From a candidate division WOR-3 bacterium (GTDB taxonomy: Bacteria; SDB-A): a stretch of 64,000 nt of DNA. The first letter of the stretch is position 1. Each line of letters begins with the position of its first letter. The stretch lies in the NCBI GenBank assembly GCA_016934535.1, contig JAFGSQ010000007.1, forward strand, positions 1 through 64,000, in the 5' to 3' direction. This document shows positions 1-10,623 of this stretch, in pieces. Below the pieces are notes generated by a model, which was not told where the DNA came from, searched no databases, and was given only the letters and a program-made list of their open reading frames with translations. The translations under genes and the position numbers were made by a program.

Positions 1-2
1 GC

Positions 3-2066
3 CGCCTTGTCCGGATGATCCCAGGGTACGGTCTGAAAAGCGAATGTGACAAGAGTCTGCTGAAATCCGTAAAAAAGGCTGTCGTCTAACGGCGTGAAGA
101 TATCAGGCTCTTCGCACAGAACCAGTGAAGATCCGGAACCGAGGCGGGGAAAGTGCTTTTTAATGAGAAAAAGAACTCTATCGGATTCGACGTCTCCTGT
201 CATTGATGCGACGACATTGTTTTCAACCGACAATTCTCTGTAAAGGTTTTCGAGGTCTTCTCTGGAAATATTGCTTATCGAAGATTCGTCAGGATACCTG
301 TTGTGCAAATTGGGAGGGTAAAAGCGTGTTCTGAAGAATTTTCCGTGAAGGTAATTGGGGTTTGTCGCGTTCTGGGCAAGTTCAAATATCAATTCATTCT
401 TAGCGTCTTTTACGGCTTCGTCAGAAAAGTCGGGTTTTGACAGAGCTTCGCCTATAAGTTTCATCGCTTCGTCAAAATTTTCGAGAGGAAAATCGAAATT
501 TATGTAAAAGTGATTGTCTGAACACTGAGCTCTTCTCGAAATCCCGAGTTCGTCCATTTTTTCATTGATCTTGTCGTAGTTCATCGCCGTAGTCCTGAGA
601 ACGAGAACTTCAGAAATAATCCTGGTCGCTCCTTCGAGTCCCGCCGGGTCTATGGATTTTCCTCCGCCAAAAGCTATTTGCATGCTGACGTAGAGTGAAC
701 CGGGGTTTTTCTGTGAAAGAACAGCAGGATAGCTCTGCGTCTGGAAAAGAATAAACGGAATCCGTCCGGCGAATCTTTCGTTCGGACTGATCTCATCCTC
801 GTACTCGGAAGGAAAAGAGAAAAATGTCTGCCTTCTCGACGACGAAAGCATTCTCGAAGCTGCCTCCGAAAGATCTTTCGCCGTTATTATAGAAAGTTGA
901 TCCATGCTGTTTTGAAAATAAAGGGGGTCGTTCGCAGTCAGCATCCCGTCTCCCATCAACTGGGATTTTGTGCCGGCAGACCATTCTTCCAAAAGGCCGT
1001 ACCTTATCAAATTTTTTGTGCGGAGAAATCTCGCTTCGTCGATTTCACCTTTCGCTATTTTGTCAATCTCGAACTGTATTACTCTCACGGATTCATCAAG
1101 TTTTATGGGATCCTGACACGCAGAAGATATCATGAAAGCTCCGGTCGCCCTTCTCAGACCCATGTTGTAGCTCCAAACTTCGAAAGCCAGCTCTCTGTCT
1201 TCAACAAGGATATTTTTTAGGTATGAAGCCTGTCCTCCGGTCAGATACTGGGACATAACGGAAAGGACAGTATAGTCGAGCGTGTTTTTCTGCGCTCCGT
1301 TCCATATCATGTATACAAGGGGGTGGGGGATTTCGTCGTAAAATGTGTCGTATCTCGGGTAAGTGTATTGAGTCGTCTGAGGAACAAAAGAAGGTTCGTA
1401 GGATTTTGACGGAAATTTTTCGGATTCCTTCAAAATAAATTCGTAAAGGTCGGCTGTGTTGAAATCTCCGACAGCCACGAGGACGGCGTTCGAAGGGCAA
1501 TAGTGCGCTTCGTAAAAATTTTTCAGGTCTTCTTCCGATATCGCGAGCATCGCGTCTTCAAGACCTAAAATCGGCACTGACAAGGGATGACTGCCGAAAA
1601 AGAACAAAAAAGCGGCGTCCCAGACCCTTTCGTCCGGAGTGTCTGAAGTCAGTATCTCGTGGTGAATGACTCCGTGTTCCCTGGTTGTTTCGAAAGAGTC
1701 GAATGCGCACGAAAAAACCTGTTCCAAAAGCACCATAGTTGTCGAATCGGAATATTTGGAGGGAATCGTTTGGTGATAACAGGTCACCTCCCAGGATGTA
1801 TAGGCGTTGGAGTGCGAACCCCAACGTTTTTCCATTTCGTCGTATTCCGATTCGGTCCTGAATAACGTCGTGCCTCCGCTGACGACGTGTTCGCAGAAGT
1901 GAGAGAGCCCTCTTCCGGTGTTAATCCCTTCGTAAACCGAACCGATGTCAACAAAAATATTTACTGTAGTTATGGGCGAGGAATGGTCTTCTTCGAGAAC
2001 TATTCTCAAGCCGTTGGGAAGAGTTGACTGGAATATCGAAATCAATGAAATTAAAAGCGGTAACAT
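3..2066 (-). CDS. M16 family (pitrilysin-like) zinc peptidase, partial; runs off the left window edge
   Basis: Not in the ORF track. Manual translation from ATG 2066 (GGAGG SD at 2071-2075): MLPLLISLISIFQSTLPNGLRIVLEEDHSSPITTVNIFVDIGSVYE...GLSHFCEHVV, with the inverted zinc motif HxxEH. The same frame at the edge reads QTLVTFAFQTVPWDHPDKA, typical of an M16 C-domain. Confidence 0.9.
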   Translation of the reverse strand, partial: MLPLLISLISIFQSTLPNGLRIVLEEDHSSPITTVNIFVDIGSVYEGINTGRGLSHFCEHVVSGGTTLFRTESEYDEMEKRWGSHSNAYTSWEVTCYHQTIPSKYSDSTTMVLLEQVFSCAFDSFETTREHGVIHHEILTSDTPDERVWDAAFLFFFGSHPLSVPILGLEDAMLAISEEDLKNFYEAHYCPSNAVLVAVGDFNTADLYEFILKESEKFPSKSYEPSFVPQTTQYTYPRYDTFYDEIPHPLVYMIWNGAQKNTLDYTVLSVMSQYLTGGQASYLKNILVEDRELAFEVWSYNMGLRRATGAFMISSACQDPIKLDESVRVIQFEIDKIAKGEIDEARFLRTKNLIRYGLLEEWSAGTKSQLMGDGMLTANDPLYFQNSMDQLSIITAKDLSEAASRMLSSSRRQTFFSFPSEYEDEISPNERFAGRIPFILFQTQSYPAVLSQKNPGSLYVSMQIAFGGGKSIDPAGLEGATRIISEVLVLRTTAMNYDKINEKMDELGISRRAQCSDNHFYINFDFPLENFDEAMKLIGEALSKPDFSDEAVKDAKNELIFELAQNATNPNYLHGKFFRTRFYPPNLHNRYPDESSISNISREDLENLYRELSVENNVVASMTGDVESDRVLFLIKKHFPRLGSGSSLVLCEEPDIFTPLDDSLFYGFQQTLVTFAFQTVPWDHPDKA

Positions 2067-2237
2067 AAAACCTCCACGTTGGGTGTTTTTTACTTTTTAT
2101 TAAATATAACTAAAAAGATGTTTTATGCAAGGAAAAAGGATAAAGGACCGGTAAATTTTCCGTGTTTGCGTCAATGTGATTGTTCTGGTATTTTAATTAA
2201 TGCAAAAAGTCATACGGGCCGATAAAAAGGAGATGAA

Positions 2238-2984
2238 ATGATGAAATGGAGTATATTTATTCTTATAATCGCTATATTTCTTTTTCCGGGATCTGAAAAT
2301 TGCTATTGTCAATTCGAAATTGATTTTGAGACAGGTTTTGCCTTCACAGGATACAACGACGTCAGAATTCCGGGAACCACAGGCACGCTGTTTTCGCTGA
2401 AAGACGATCTTTCACCCGACGCTGTTTTTTTTGTAAGGGGGAGGTTTTCAAAATCCTTCGGAAACAGACACTTGGTTTCAGTTCTGGCCGCTCCTTTAAG
2501 GATCAAATCAAGAGGCATACTCAGTCGCGACATATTTTTCGAAGGGATTTTGTTTGAATCGGACGACAATGTGACGGCAGATTACAGATTTGATTCATAC
2601 AGATTCACATACAGGTACATGTTTTATGACAGAGGCAGGTTTTCGGCGGGAGCTGGTATAACAGGTAAAATCAGAGACGCAGAGATAAGGCTGACAAACG
2701 GCCTTACAACAACAAGTAAAAAAAACACCGGCTTTGTTCCTCTTGTGAATTTCAATATTCAGTATTTGCTTACCAATGGATTTTCCCTGTTGCTTGACGG
2801 AGACGCTTTGGCGGCGCCTCAGGGCAGGGCGGAAGATATATTTGTCGGAGCAGTGTATTCTGTGAATCCCGACATAGGACTGAAAGCAGGTTACAGGATA
2901 CTCGAGGGAGGAGCTGACAATGACGAAGTGTACAGTTTCGCTCTCGTCAATTATATTTCAGCCGGCGTGATTATTCGGATTTGA
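2238..2984 (+). CDS. Putative outer-membrane beta-barrel protein
   Basis: Signal peptide, AGGAG SD, alternating aromatic/hydrophobic beta-strands (YRFTYRYMF, LKAGYRIL), C-terminal amphipathic strand. Confidence 0.6.
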   Translation: MMKWSIFILIIAIFLFPGSENCYCQFEIDFETGFAFTGYNDVRIPGTTGTLFSLKDDLSPDAVFFVRGRFSKSFGNRHLVSVLAAPLRIKSRGILSRDIFFEGILFESDDNVTADYRFDSYRFTYRYMFYDRGRFSAGAGITGKIRDAEIRLTNGLTTTSKKNTGFVPLVNFNIQYLLTNGFSLLLDGDALAAPQGRAEDIFVGAVYSVNPDIGLKAGYRILEGGADNDEVYSFALVNYISAGVIIRI

Positions 2985-2995
2985 TGTCTGCGAGT

Positions 2996-4108
2996 TTATT
3001 CTTTTAAAATCCAGGATTCAGCTTGAAATATTGCTTCTTGAGGCACGGAGTGCGACCCGTCGAATTCATAAAGAAATACATCTGAACCGGATGATCTGAG
3101 AATTTCAAAGGCTTCTCTTGAACTTTCAATGTCGACGACTCCGTCATTCAATCCGTGACCGATAAATACTTTCAGATTTCCTTTTGCTTTCGAAATATCT
3201 TCAAGCGTGACCCATGAAGTGTCCAGCCAGCCGCCAAAACAGATAATCCCGTCAAAAAGCACGGGATTTTTAAGACCGGTCATGTAAGCCAAAGCGCATC
3301 CCTGTGAAAATCCTAACAAAAAAGTTTTGTCTATGTTGTAGTACGAATTCATCTTTTCTGCGGCCGAGCACACATACGCCACGCTTGTTTTTGCTGTTTT
3401 TTCCCAATAACTGGGATCTGAATCGTTCCAGAGAAACCATCCGTAACCGGGTTCATTTCCCGGATATGCCAAGTATGGAGCTCTCAGGCACAAAAAAATA
3501 AAATCATTGTTTTGGAATCTGTCAATCAGCCTTAGAAATCTTTCAGGATTACTTCCGTAGCCATGAAGGCCGATGATAAGATTGGCTTTTTCATCCGGGT
3601 CAAAATCCGGGGGATAACTCACGCGCGCGTCCAAGTAAACATTCGTTTCGAACCAAAGCTGACCGCCTTCGGAATTGACCGTACTGTCGATAGAGTGAAT
3701 GAGAGAATCCCTGATTTCAAGGAAATATGCGTCGTATTTCACTTTCTCAAAATCACTGTCTTCGAGAATGAGATTTACATCCTTGAAACCGGCGCTGACA
3801 GACAGTTCAAGGTATTTTGCGGCTAATTCGGGCTCTCCGAGCAGTCCGTAACAGCAGGCTAAATTATACAAATTGACTGCATCGTCTACGTTGCGCGACA
3901 GAGCGGAAATGTAATGTCTGGCTGATGCCGCGAAATCGCCTTCTCTGTAATATTCAAGCGCCTTTGCTTTAAGCTGTTCAACGTCTGTTCTCATGATCTC
4001 CAGGTAAGATTCATCGAACGGATTTATCGATTCAGGATCCAAGGGTAAATCCGAATCCAATAATAAAAAGACGGTAATCGTCACGAGAAAAAAACCAATC
4101 TTTGTCAT
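2996..4108 (-). CDS. TPR domain + alpha/beta-hydrolase (phospholipase/carboxylesterase family)
   Basis: Start moved to ATG 4108 (GGAGGAG SD). TPR-like YNLACCYGLLG; LHGYG oxyanion motif, nucleophile GFSQG, HGLNDGVV, terminal GSH. Confidence 0.85.
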   Translation of the reverse strand: MTKIGFFLVTITVFLLLDSDLPLDPESINPFDESYLEIMRTDVEQLKAKALEYYREGDFAASARHYISALSRNVDDAVNLYNLACCYGLLGEPELAAKYLELSVSAGFKDVNLILEDSDFEKVKYDAYFLEIRDSLIHSIDSTVNSEGGQLWFETNVYLDARVSYPPDFDPDEKANLIIGLHGYGSNPERFLRLIDRFQNNDFIFLCLRAPYLAYPGNEPGYGWFLWNDSDPSYWEKTAKTSVAYVCSAAEKMNSYYNIDKTFLLGFSQGCALAYMTGLKNPVLFDGIICFGGWLDTSWVTLEDISKAKGNLKVFIGHGLNDGVVDIESSREAFEILRSSGSDVFLYEFDGSHSVPQEAIFQAESWILKE

Positions 4109-4118
4109 TACTCCTCCA

Positions 4119-5873
4119 TTAAAGTCCGGTAACGTACATTTCGTGGTAATAACCTTTCTTGTCCATAAGTTCGTCGTGTGTGCCTTTTTCAATTATTCTG
4201 TTTTTGTCAATGACGAGTATGTAATCGGCATTTTTTATTGTCGAAAGCCTGTGCGCGATGACAATGGAGGTTTTTTTGCGGCTGATGTGCGAAACGGCTT
4301 CCTGAATGGTCTTTTCAGTCCATGTGTCAACATTACTCGTCGCTTCGTCGAGAATCAGAATTCTCCTGTCGGAGAGCAGCGCTCTCGCTATCGAAATAAG
4401 CTGTCTCTGTCCCGCGCTTATGTTTGTCGAGTCCTCTGAAATGACGGTTTCGTATTTTTCGGGGAGATTTTCAATGAAATTTTTTATTCCGGCTGTATCG
4501 GCGGCTAGTTGGACTTCTTCAAAAGTCGCTTCGCGTCTTCCGTATCTGATGTTTTCGAGGATAGATCTCGAAAAAATGAACGGTTCCTGCAAGACTACGC
4601 TGAAATTGTCTCTGTAATGCTTGAGAGGTATTGATGAAATGTTTTTTCCGTCGAATTCAATCACACCCCTGACTGGGTCGTAGAATCTTGATATGAGTTT
4701 TACTATCGTCGTTTTTCCTGCGCCGGTAGGTCCCACGAGAGCCACTGTTTTGCCGCTCTCAACAGTGAAATTTATATCTTTAAGAACATCCGTCCCTTCC
4801 GTGTATGAGAAACCAACTTTTTTGAAATCTAAACGCGCGTCAATCGGTTTTGTCTCGGGCAAGTCCGGGGAATAATCTTCAGTCTCCCGGCTCAATACCT
4901 CGCCGATTCTTTCGGAACTCGCCATTGCCGACTGCATTTGATTGTACAATTCAGCGATAGCCCTGAAAGGCTGGAAAAAACGCCGTGTGTAAGCGATTAT
5001 TCCGGCCAAAGCGCCTATCGTCGCCTGCCCGTTGATTACGAGAACGCTTCCTCCGAGTATTATAATCCCGATACTCGCCGCTCCCAAAGCGTGAAGTGTC
5101 GGAGGCAGGATGAGAGATATAAGTTCGGATCTGTACTCAACTTTCCGAGCCTTTATGTTTATCTTTTCGAACTTGTCAATGTATTCCCTTTCTTTTCCGA
5201 AAGATATTATCGTTTTTATACCGCTCAAATTTTCTTCAAGAAAAGAGCTCATCTCGCCTGCTATGGCCTGGTTTTCCCTGAATATTTTTCTTGTCATTTT
5301 GGCTACGATAAAAGTGACGATTAGAATAAGAGGTATCATTGACAGGGCGAGAAAGGCGAGTTTCCAGCTTATGAAAAACATGGCGACTATCGTGCCGGCG
5401 ACAAAGATAACGTTGCTTAAAATCTCAGAAAATCCCTGTGAAAGGAAATGATTCACGTTTTCAACGTCGTTGCTTATTCTCGAAAGTACGTCGCCTTTTT
5501 TCATTTTGTCGAGAATATCGAAGACGAGTTTCTGAACGTGAGAGAATATTCTCACGCGGATGTCCTTGAGAACGCTCTGTGAGATTGTCACCATTTCGAC
5601 CGACCTTAAGTAGCTGAAAATCAACTGGAGAATTATAAAGGTCAAAAATACCGCCGAAAGGCTTTTCAGGCCTTCGAGATCTCCATTTTGAATGTACTGA
5701 TCTATTGCTATTTTTATAAAATAAGGGGTGATAAGAGATATGAGCCCGGTGGCAAGAACCAGGATTAAAGCGGCGGCGAGTCTGAATTTATAAGGAAGAA
5801 GATTTGAAAAAAGTATCATCAAGGCGCTTTTTACATTTCTTGGTTTTTCAATTTTAGCCCGTTGACCTCTCAT
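4119..5873 (-). CDS. ABC exporter, fused TMD-NBD, consensus subunit of a heterodimer (TM288-like)
   Basis: TM helices; Walker A GPTGAGKTT, signature ISAGQRQ, Walker B ILDEATS, H-switch AHRLS. Confidence 0.95.
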   Translation of the reverse strand: MRGQRAKIEKPRNVKSALMILFSNLLPYKFRLAAALILVLATGLISLITPYFIKIAIDQYIQNGDLEGLKSLSAVFLTFIILQLIFSYLRSVEMVTISQSVLKDIRVRIFSHVQKLVFDILDKMKKGDVLSRISNDVENVNHFLSQGFSEILSNVIFVAGTIVAMFFISWKLAFLALSMIPLILIVTFIVAKMTRKIFRENQAIAGEMSSFLEENLSGIKTIISFGKEREYIDKFEKINIKARKVEYRSELISLILPPTLHALGAASIGIIILGGSVLVINGQATIGALAGIIAYTRRFFQPFRAIAELYNQMQSAMASSERIGEVLSRETEDYSPDLPETKPIDARLDFKKVGFSYTEGTDVLKDINFTVESGKTVALVGPTGAGKTTIVKLISRFYDPVRGVIEFDGKNISSIPLKHYRDNFSVVLQEPFIFSRSILENIRYGRREATFEEVQLAADTAGIKNFIENLPEKYETVISEDSTNISAGQRQLISIARALLSDRRILILDEATSNVDTWTEKTIQEAVSHISRKKTSIVIAHRLSTIKNADYILVIDKNRIIEKGTHDELMDKKGYYHEMYVTGL

Positions 5874-7603
5874 GTTTCGTATCCCTGAGATGTGTAAACT
5901 TCTTTGTAGAGTTCGCAGTTTTCGAGCATCTCCGAATGATTTCCGACTGATATAATCTTTCCGTCGCTGAGAAAAGCTATTCTGTCTGCCTTCTTGATTG
6001 AAGAGATTTTCTGGGACACAATCACCGTTGTCATGCCGGATCTGTATCTGAGAAGTTTGTCTAGAAGCCTTGATTCTGTTATCCTGTCGAGAGAGCTGAA
6101 AGAATCGTCTAAAAGGAGCAAAGGTTTGTTTGAAACGAGAGCCCTGGCAATGGCGATTCTCTGTCTCTGTCCCCCTGATATGTTGACTCCCCGAGGCATG
6201 ATTTCTTGATTGAATCCTTCGTCACTCGTTTTAATGAAGTCGTTTAGTTCAGAGATGTCTGATATCTCGTCGAGTTCATCGTTTGAGATACCGTCTGAAT
6301 CAAACAGAATGTTTTCCCTGACTGTCATTTTAAAGATTGCAGGATTTTGAAAGACGACGGAGATTTTATCACGGAACTCGTTTTTGGGTATTTCCGCAGT
6401 CGCGAAACCGTCAATTTCGACGGATCCTTCGTCCGGAAAGTAAAATCCTGCCACGAGATTCAAAAGCGTTGTCTTGCCGGAACCTGTCAGGCCTATGACG
6501 CCGAGAGTCTCTCCTTTCCGGATATCAAGATTGAGGTCTTTCAGAAGGGGAGAGTTTTTGTCGTGAGAAAAAGTCATTCCTCTGATTTTAACTGAACCCC
6601 CTGTTATCGAAGAAGAAGGATTGATCTGTCTGTCGTCCCGGGGTATGGTGAGTATCTCTTTTATCCTCTGTGATGAAGCGCTCGCTTGAGCAAAAATAGT
6701 CATGGACATGCCGAGCATCATGAGAGGAAACATTATCATGAACAGGTAATTGGTCAGAGCGACGAGGTTCCCCAGAGCGAGTTTTCCGCCTACGACCTGG
6801 GTTCCTCCTATCTGAAGAATCAGAAGAATGCCTAAATTTATTACAAGCATGAAAAGAGGAAAAGCCGTCGCCATAAGCCTGCCGACTTTTATCGAAAGGT
6901 TTTTTAGCTTTTCGGATTCTTCGTCGAAATTCTCCGTTTCTTTTTCTTCGGCAGAAAATATTTTAACGACGCTTATTCCCGCAAAATTCTGCTGTATTGT
7001 CGAGTTTAGCCTTCCGAGCTGGTTTTGGACACGGAGGAACATCTTCCTCGCGGAAAATGAGAAAAAAGTGAAAAAAGCCGCGTTGACGAGAGTCAAAAGC
7101 AGGACCAGGAAGCCGATTTTGACGTCTATTCTGAAGATCATAAAGTTACTGCCGACAACGAGCAGTATCCCCTGAAACATCATTCTGAAGCCGAAAGAAC
7201 TGAGCCTTCGTATCTGCGAAGTGTCGCTGTATATTCTCGTCATCAGTCTGCCTGTTTGAAGCTTGTCTATCCGTGAAAATTCCAGTGAAAACACATGCCT
7301 GAAAATCGCGGAGCGCAGATCTTTAGTCACTTTGGAGCTTGCGCCGGTGAAAAGGATGTTGGCGAAATTCTGAAAAAGCGCTCTTATAAAGGCGAGTAGT
7401 ATTATCCCCGCGCCGCAAATAGCAGTGAATCTTGTATCGGATCTCCCAATGCCTGAATCGATGGCTTTTTGAGTCATCATTGGAATGTATAGTTCGGCTG
7501 TTATGCCTATTGCGACCAGAAGAAAGGCGGGGATCATGACCGGTATGTAAGGTTTGAAAAAAGAGTGAACCGATGTATGAGTAGTTATTTTCATAAAAAT
7601 CAA
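5870..7603 (-). CDS. ABC exporter, fused TMD-NBD, degenerate subunit (TM287-like)
   Basis: GLTGSGKTT, ISGGQRQR, degenerate Walker B LLDDS and switch SQKIS; 4-bp overlap with the downstream partner. Confidence 0.93.
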   Translation of the reverse strand: MIFMKITTHTSVHSFFKPYIPVMIPAFLLVAIGITAELYIPMMTQKAIDSGIGRSDTRFTAICGAGIILLAFIRALFQNFANILFTGASSKVTKDLRSAIFRHVFSLEFSRIDKLQTGRLMTRIYSDTSQIRRLSSFGFRMMFQGILLVVGSNFMIFRIDVKIGFLVLLLTLVNAAFFTFFSFSARKMFLRVQNQLGRLNSTIQQNFAGISVVKIFSAEEKETENFDEESEKLKNLSIKVGRLMATAFPLFMLVINLGILLILQIGGTQVVGGKLALGNLVALTNYLFMIMFPLMMLGMSMTIFAQASASSQRIKEILTIPRDDRQINPSSSITGGSVKIRGMTFSHDKNSPLLKDLNLDIRKGETLGVIGLTGSGKTTLLNLVAGFYFPDEGSVEIDGFATAEIPKNEFRDKISVVFQNPAIFKMTVRENILFDSDGISNDELDEISDISELNDFIKTSDEGFNQEIMPRGVNISGGQRQRIAIARALVSNKPLLLLDDSFSSLDRITESRLLDKLLRYRSGMTTVIVSQKISSIKKADRIAFLSDGKIISVGNHSEMLENCELYKEVYTSQGYET

Positions 7604-7812
7604 GTGATTCTATCAGGCAATCAGACAGAAGGTCAATTTTGAGAAGAAAGAATGTTTTGGATAGATCGGTTTATTTGATTTGAGTTCGTTATTAAAAAGT
7701 GTTTAAATGGCAATGTTCTATTTTGCGTTACAGGACAACCTCCGATTTTGAAAGAGATCGTAATTATGAAGGAACCTGAAGAAGATTGTAATTGCCAGGC
7801 TGGAGAACGTTT

Positions 7813-8745
7813 TTGAATGCGATCAACAATCCTTTAGACAATCCTCTTTTTTCTCCGGTTGTCATAAGATTATTTTTCGTTTTTGTATTTACTTTTCCTC
7901 TTGTAATCGTTTTCAATCTTCACAATATAAAAGGTATTTTTGCCAGCAATATCTGGAAAAGATATTACGCATTTTTTTTCATCGCGCCGTTATATCTTGC
8001 CGCGATTTTTATTTCCGGAGTGTTTTCACTGATTTTTCTATTTATTGTAATGTATTTGTCCCTGTGTGAATTCAGAAAAATGTCCGGAATACCTATATAT
8101 TATCACATCGTTTCGGTCATTCTCGCCGGTTTGACAACAATTATAGCCTTCCGGCTGGAGCCGTATTTCTATTCGCTTCCCGTAATATATTTCACTGTGC
8201 TGTCTTTCATACCAGTCTGTATGAACGAAGGAAAAGACGCGTTTAAAAATGTTTCATACGCTCTTTTCGCAAATATCTGGATCAATTTTTCTCTCTCCCA
8301 TTTTATTCTTACCGGCTATATGGAAAACGGTCTCAACATGCTTATTCTGTTGGGATTTTCTATAATATTCAGTGATGTGTTTGCCTTTGTCATAGGAGGA
8401 TTTTTTAAGCGAATACATTTTTTGGACAAATATACAATTGCCAAAAACATAAGCCCTAACAAAACATTTGCGGGGGTGACAGGAAATATTCTCGGCGCAG
8501 GCATAGGGATATGGATCAGCAGATTTGCAGTCATGGAGTTCAGTTTCAGGTCTCTGGCCGTACTGTCTTTCGTCATTGGTGTCGGAGGTATACTCGGAGA
8601 TCTGACCGAGTCGACAGTCAAAAGGGCTTTCGGGTCAAAAGACAGCGGGAATCTGGTTCCGGGACACGGAGGGGTGTTGGACAGGATCGACAGTGCGACA
8701 AGGATAATAGTTATTTTTTATTATTATGTCCTGATATTCGAGTGA
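7813..8745 (+). CDS. Phosphatidate cytidylyltransferase (CdsA/YnbB-like)
   Basis: Polytopic membrane protein with ISPNKT and DLTESTVKRAFGSKDSGNLVPGHGGVLDRIDS signature. TTG 7813 follows a GGAG SD (the ORF track starts at 7792). Confidence 0.9.
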   Translation: MNAINNPLDNPLFSPVVIRLFFVFVFTFPLVIVFNLHNIKGIFASNIWKRYYAFFFIAPLYLAAIFISGVFSLIFLFIVMYLSLCEFRKMSGIPIYYHIVSVILAGLTTIIAFRLEPYFYSLPVIYFTVLSFIPVCMNEGKDAFKNVSYALFANIWINFSLSHFILTGYMENGLNMLILLGFSIIFSDVFAFVIGGFFKRIHFLDKYTIAKNISPNKTFAGVTGNILGAGIGIWISRFAVMEFSFRSLAVLSFVIGVGGILGDLTESTVKRAFGSKDSGNLVPGHGGVLDRIDSATRIIVIFYYYVLIFE

Positions 8746-9184
8746 ATTTTATAATGACTGATTTTGCGAACGAGATCGCATTTCTGAAATCCCTTTCGTC
8801 GGGCCTTTTTAAGTAAGTTTTGTATTTTGAGTGAAAACCCGGGCATGAAAATGACTCAAGGTGAGTGCTTCTTTTTTTTGTCAGTGTTTTACGCATCTTC
8901 CTGAAACAGATTATTGAAGAAATCTGGCCCCAAAGAGGCATACCGTAAGTTAAAAATAAAGCGAAGTAAGGGGGGGCCTGGAAATCTTCAAGAAAATTCA
9001 GGATTTTTTTCGTTGGACTTGCTCTCATAACCGGAGAACCCACCAGAATCAAATCATACCCGCTAAGATCCTTCGGAGAGTCGTCAACTTTAAAAATGAC
9101 GCATTCGGCCGTCGCCGAAACAATTTTGGCGATTTTTTCGGTATTGCGGGTCCACGTGTCGTAAATGAGAATAATTTTATTCAT
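8711..9184 (-). CDS. Flavodoxin-domain protein
   Basis: YDTWTRNTEKIA phosphate-loop-like motif, YDLILVGSPV, C-terminal RPDERDFRNAISFA helix. Confidence 0.75.
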   Translation of the reverse strand: MNKIILIYDTWTRNTEKIAKIVSATAECVIFKVDDSPKDLSGYDLILVGSPVMRASPTKKILNFLEDFQAPPYFALFLTYGMPLWGQISSIICFRKMRKTLTKKRSTHLESFSCPGFHSKYKTYLKRPDERDFRNAISFAKSVIIKFTRISGHNNKK

Positions 9185-9975
9185 TTAAAACCTCTGCTTA
9201 CAGAATACAGATTCAATGAGTCCGTCGTATATGTTATATTTTTAAATCCGGCTTTTTCCGCCCAGGAATTGATTTCTTTCGGGGAACGTATTTTCATTCG
9301 CAGAGGTTTTCTGTTGAAGTCGAGAAACACTTCTGAAACCATCTCCATCTGAAGATGGCCGCATTGGTTCGTAAAAATGATTTCGCCGTTTTCAGGAAGC
9401 AGATCATAGATCAGATTAAGTGAATTTTTCACCGACTCGTCGCTCAATATCCAATCATAAAATCCAGAAGAAACCACTACATTAGGCGTTGGTTTGATTC
9501 TTTTCAAATGTTCTCTGCGAAAAGCGTCGCCTTCGATGAAAGTGATGTTTTTCAAACCTTTGTCCAAAGCGGATTTTTTACCTTTTGCGAGCCATCTGAC
9601 GTCTATGTCGGAGCATATAACCTGTACTCCGTTTTCCCCTGATTCCGTCATCGTCTCAATCAGATATCCGGCTGGTCCTGAAGCCACATCGAGAATGATT
9701 ACCGGGTCCCCCTTTTGCCGCTTTCTTTCTATTATATCTTTGAGATAAGATTTCAAGTTATTTTTTCTTTGCCTTATCGCCTTCCATCCCTGGTTTTCCA
9801 GATAATACCTGTCAATCATTTTCCCTATAATGAAATTTCCGTGAGGTTTGTTTGCGTAAATGTATTGGAGCATTTCTCCGGAAGTCAGGCCGTATCTGAA
9901 GCTCATGTCGATTCCTTTGCTGATTCTGCCGAATGAGCGGGCGGCAAAGCGCATAATTTTATATCTTGTTTTCAT
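9181..9975 (-). CDS. Class I SAM methyltransferase resembling the YnbC C-terminal domain
   Basis: SGEMLQYIYANKPHG...GWKAIRQRK, ILDVASGPAGY, EGDAF, SSGFY, MKIRSPKE mirror the E. coli YnbC methyltransferase domain as I recall it. Confidence 0.85.
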   Translation of the reverse strand: MKTRYKIMRFAARSFGRISKGIDMSFRYGLTSGEMLQYIYANKPHGNFIIGKMIDRYYLENQGWKAIRQRKNNLKSYLKDIIERKRQKGDPVIILDVASGPAGYLIETMTESGENGVQVICSDIDVRWLAKGKKSALDKGLKNITFIEGDAFRREHLKRIKPTPNVVVSSGFYDWILSDESVKNSLNLIYDLLPENGEIIFTNQCGHLQMEMVSEVFLDFNRKPLRMKIRSPKEINSWAEKAGFKNITYTTDSLNLYSVSRGFK

Positions 9976-10613
9976 TTTATCTCCTTTGCTGAGGAGATTT
10001 CTTTGAAAAGGTTTCTGAGTCTGTTAAAAACAGTTATTTGAGAACCGGCTATACACCAGATCCAGAATAAATCCATTGTCGTAATCCTGACTTTCATGAT
10101 TTCAGGCAAACCGAGGTCAAAGACATAGAATATGTACTGGGCGGTTGTAAAGATCATCAATGCAATCAGCCTGTCAACTTTGCCCAGGGGTCCGTTGTTC
10201 TGCCATGAAAACCCGACTGCCTTTCCGAGAATTCCCGAATAACTCACCAATAGAACAGTGATTGTTGCAAGAAGACCTAATTTGGTGTTGCAAAGAGGAG
10301 AAAATGAAATTCCCGCAAAAAGAAAAATGTCCGAATATCTGTCCGGAAAAGCATTTATTATATCTCCTTTTGCCGACAATAAATTTTTCTCTATGGCAAT
10401 TACACCGTCTAATGTGTTCAGCGTCATTCTTATGAAAACTGCGGCAACGGCAAAAAGGAGCAGATAATGAAACGAGCCTGAGAAAAAGTACAACAAAGGA
10501 GTCCCCGCAGAAATAACGAGAGCGGCGTAAGCCAGAGTGTCAGGATTTATGGGGTATTTGGCAAAAGGTTTTAACAGTTTTCTGTATCCGAATTTCAGCC
10601 TATACAGCCCCAT
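9972..10613 (-). CDS. CDP-alcohol phosphatidyltransferase (YnbA-like)
   Basis: FIRMTLNTLDGVIA...G.IIN...DRYSD motif and GPLGKVDR; membrane helices. Confidence 0.88.
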   Translation of the reverse strand: MGLYRLKFGYRKLLKPFAKYPINPDTLAYAALVISAGTPLLYFFSGSFHYLLLFAVAAVFIRMTLNTLDGVIAIEKNLLSAKGDIINAFPDRYSDIFLFAGISFSPLCNTKLGLLATITVLLVSYSGILGKAVGFSWQNNGPLGKVDRLIALMIFTTAQYIFYVFDLGLPEIMKVRITTMDLFWIWCIAGSQITVFNRLRNLFKEISSAKEIK

Positions 10614-10623
10614 AGTGTCCTCC

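Noticed and set aside
793-1865. Five short ORFs in the track
   Set aside because: Shadow frames of the M16 peptidase (3..2066, minus), which the track missed because it has no stop in the window.
4119-7603. Degenerate Walker B/H-switch as a sign of pseudogenisation (Walker B also in 40454..42175)
   Set aside because: Normal for heterodimeric ABC exporters with one degenerate site.
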